From Thecamonas trahens ATCC 50062 (Eukaryota > Protista > Apusomonadida), in the NCBI RefSeq assembly GCF_000142905.1, contig NW_013657665.1, forward strand, positions 540,101-583,276: DNA of 43,176 bases, written 5' to 3'. Shown one piece after another: positions 41,503 to 43,176 of the stretch. Every line of letters starts with the position of its first letter. The first letter of the stretch is position 1. The notes below the pieces were generated by a model that made no database searches, was not told where the DNA came from, and was given only the letters and a program-made list of their open reading frames with translations. The translations under genes and the position numbers were made by a program.

Positions 41503-43176
41503 CTAGGGCATAGCCGGTCCGTCCGAAGTGAATGAGAAGCTCCCACTTTCCGAGCCGGACGCTGAGGCAGACTCAAAGTCCGACAGCGTGGCAACTGGTC
41601 GAGGTGAGTCGAGCGAGATGGCCGACGACGAGTCGGCCGCCGACGATGATGCGAGCTCTGAAGTCTCGGTGGTCGTCGCATCGACTCTGTCGCCAGTCAC
41701 GGGCCGGACACGCGGACTATGCGGCGTCATGCCACGGGAAGGAGCAGAGGGCGAGTCCACGGTCCGCGAGAACGATGCACGGCGGAGCGAGAGGCTCTTA
41801 CGGCGCGGGCGGCGCGACGGTGAGTCGGACGTACGCGCAGCCGCATTGCGCGCAGCAGTCTTACGAAGCGGCGACTCGATGGGGCTGATGATGAACGAGT
41901 CCTGCCCGTCAAACACCATGGGGCTTGAGTTGAACCGCTCCATTCGTGCCGAGCTCGGGGCCGGGACGCGACGCGGGTGCGGGCTGGCAATTTCGGTCAC
42001 GACAAACTGCTCATCTGGCTCGACAGCAAAGTCTACCGAGCCAGCGGTATCTGGCCGCAGGATGTTGGCAAGTGAGCCGCGACGAGAGGCGAGCGAAGCC
42101 ACTGATGGGCCGCCATCGAGATCGACGCCAAAGGTGGCGTTCGGAATCGAAGACGTCCTGGTCAAGCGGGGCCCTCGCGGCCGAACGTGAATGATCTCCT
42201 CGATAAACTGCTCATGGTCACCGAGCCCGTCACTTCCGTCACCCGACGAATTGAGAGACGACGACGACGACGGTGCATCAAGCAACGTTGCCTTTTGTGC
42301 GCCAGGGGGCACCATCCGCGAAACGTGCGACGCAGCTGCTCCGCCAAGCGATGCCTTGACCATGCTTGGCAACGGCGGGAGGCCGGTGACCTTGGACGGG
42401 AGCTTGGGCAGCGCCGGAATGCCTGGCAGTTGCTTCGCCACCGAGATCTCGGTAATGCGTTCCTTGCGAATGGCACGGCCGATCTTGGCGGCACGCTTCG
42501 GCTTGGGGGCGGAATGACACCGCGGCGGAAACCAGGGGCTCGCAGCGGAGCAGGCAACACAGGTACGTCACTCTCTGACGAGCGTCGCGACCGGCCACGC
42601 GGAATCGGTGGCAGGGGCGGTAGAACAGGAAGCATCACGCCCGATTCGTCAGAGGAGTCCAATGACGACGTGCCGGACGACGATGATCCCTTGAGCAGCA
42701 AGGCTTCGGCCTCGTCATCGCGGAGCCAGAAGCACATAAAGAACAAGCCACAGCAGGTCACAACCAGCAGTGTTACAGCCAAGAAAAAGATCCACCAGTA
42801 AGACCGAGTACGAACACGACCATCGACAGAGAGCAGCTGCTGATTCGGGGGGGGAGGCGGCGCCGAAACACTAATGAGCGGCGGCGGTGGAGATCCTGCA
42901 CTCGGCGGCGGCGAGCCAGTGCCAGGTGGCGGCGGGGAGCCAGCGCCAGGAGGCGGCGGCGAGCCTACGCCAGGAGGCGGTGGGGAGCCAGTGCGAGGAG
43001 GCGGTGGCGATCCTGCACCAGGAGGCGGCGGCGATCCTGCGCCCGGAGGCGGCGGCGATCCTGCACCAGGAGGCGGCGGCGATCCTGCGCCCGGAGGCGG
43101 CGGCGATCCTGCACCAGGAGGCGGCGGCGATCCGGCGCCAGGAGGAGGTGGCGAGCCAGCGCCAGGTGGCGGCGGG
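41503..43176 (-). CDS. Partial (5' end beyond window) single-pass membrane protein with (PPPPGAGS)n stalk and S/P/R-rich cytoplasmic tail; 1-nt deletion at ~42505-42509
   Basis: Frame open from the window end through TM YWWIFFLAVTLLVVTCCGLFFMCFWL; joins ORF 41503..42441 as VIPP|PKPKRAAKIG by extending C5 to C6. Confidence 0.65.
42880..43176 (-). repeat. 24-bp coding tandem repeat encoding PPPPGAGS, about 12 copies
   Basis: ggaggcggcggcgatcctgcacca-type units on the + strand; variation falls mainly at third codon positions of the minus-strand frame. Confidence 0.85.

Noticed and set aside
42880-43176. CRISPR-like array in the 24-bp repeats (also 5162-5240 and 40244-40307)
   Set aside because: No unique spacers, no cas genes, eukaryotic context; the 24-bp unit encodes PPPPGAGS.
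1-43176. tRNA, rRNA or transposon
   Set aside because: No cloverleaf, rRNA-like segment, transposase/RT motif or terminal repeat was recognised by eye.

Overview
GC-rich, very gene-dense eukaryotic (protist) DNA with few short GT-AG introns and five assembly gaps (2201-2710, 5310-5409, 8849-9214, 34169-34268, 39838-40117). The gene style resembles an apusomonad such as Thecamonas trahens (inference only). About 16 genes, in order: Y-family DNA polymerase iota-like; heliorhodopsin; ALKBH2/3-like dioxygenase; CENP-U/Ame1-like coiled coil; F-box/LRR protein; an unknown protein; a second AlkB dioxygenase; a ~2190-aa FG-GAP/beta-helix/Cys-rich/multi-TM receptor; a ~2170-aa uncharacterised macroglobulin-like protein; a PHTF-like multi-TM protein; a gelsolin-repeat protein ending in a UBR box; MAT2B/RmlD-like reductase; a large receptor with a degenerate class III cyclase; MAK16; a VPS9-domain protein with a degenerate Ras-like GTPase inserted inside it; Nit2; plus a partial Pro-rich single-pass protein. 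Eight frameshifts in five genes are each repaired by adding one base, mostly in homopolymers, and are probably sequencing errors. Best leads: the VPS9/Ras-like insertion, the heliorhodopsin flanked by DNA-repair genes, the PHTF/7TMIC-like protein, the gelsolin-UBR fusion and the half-site cyclase. All family assignments come from motif recognition by eye; no searches were run.
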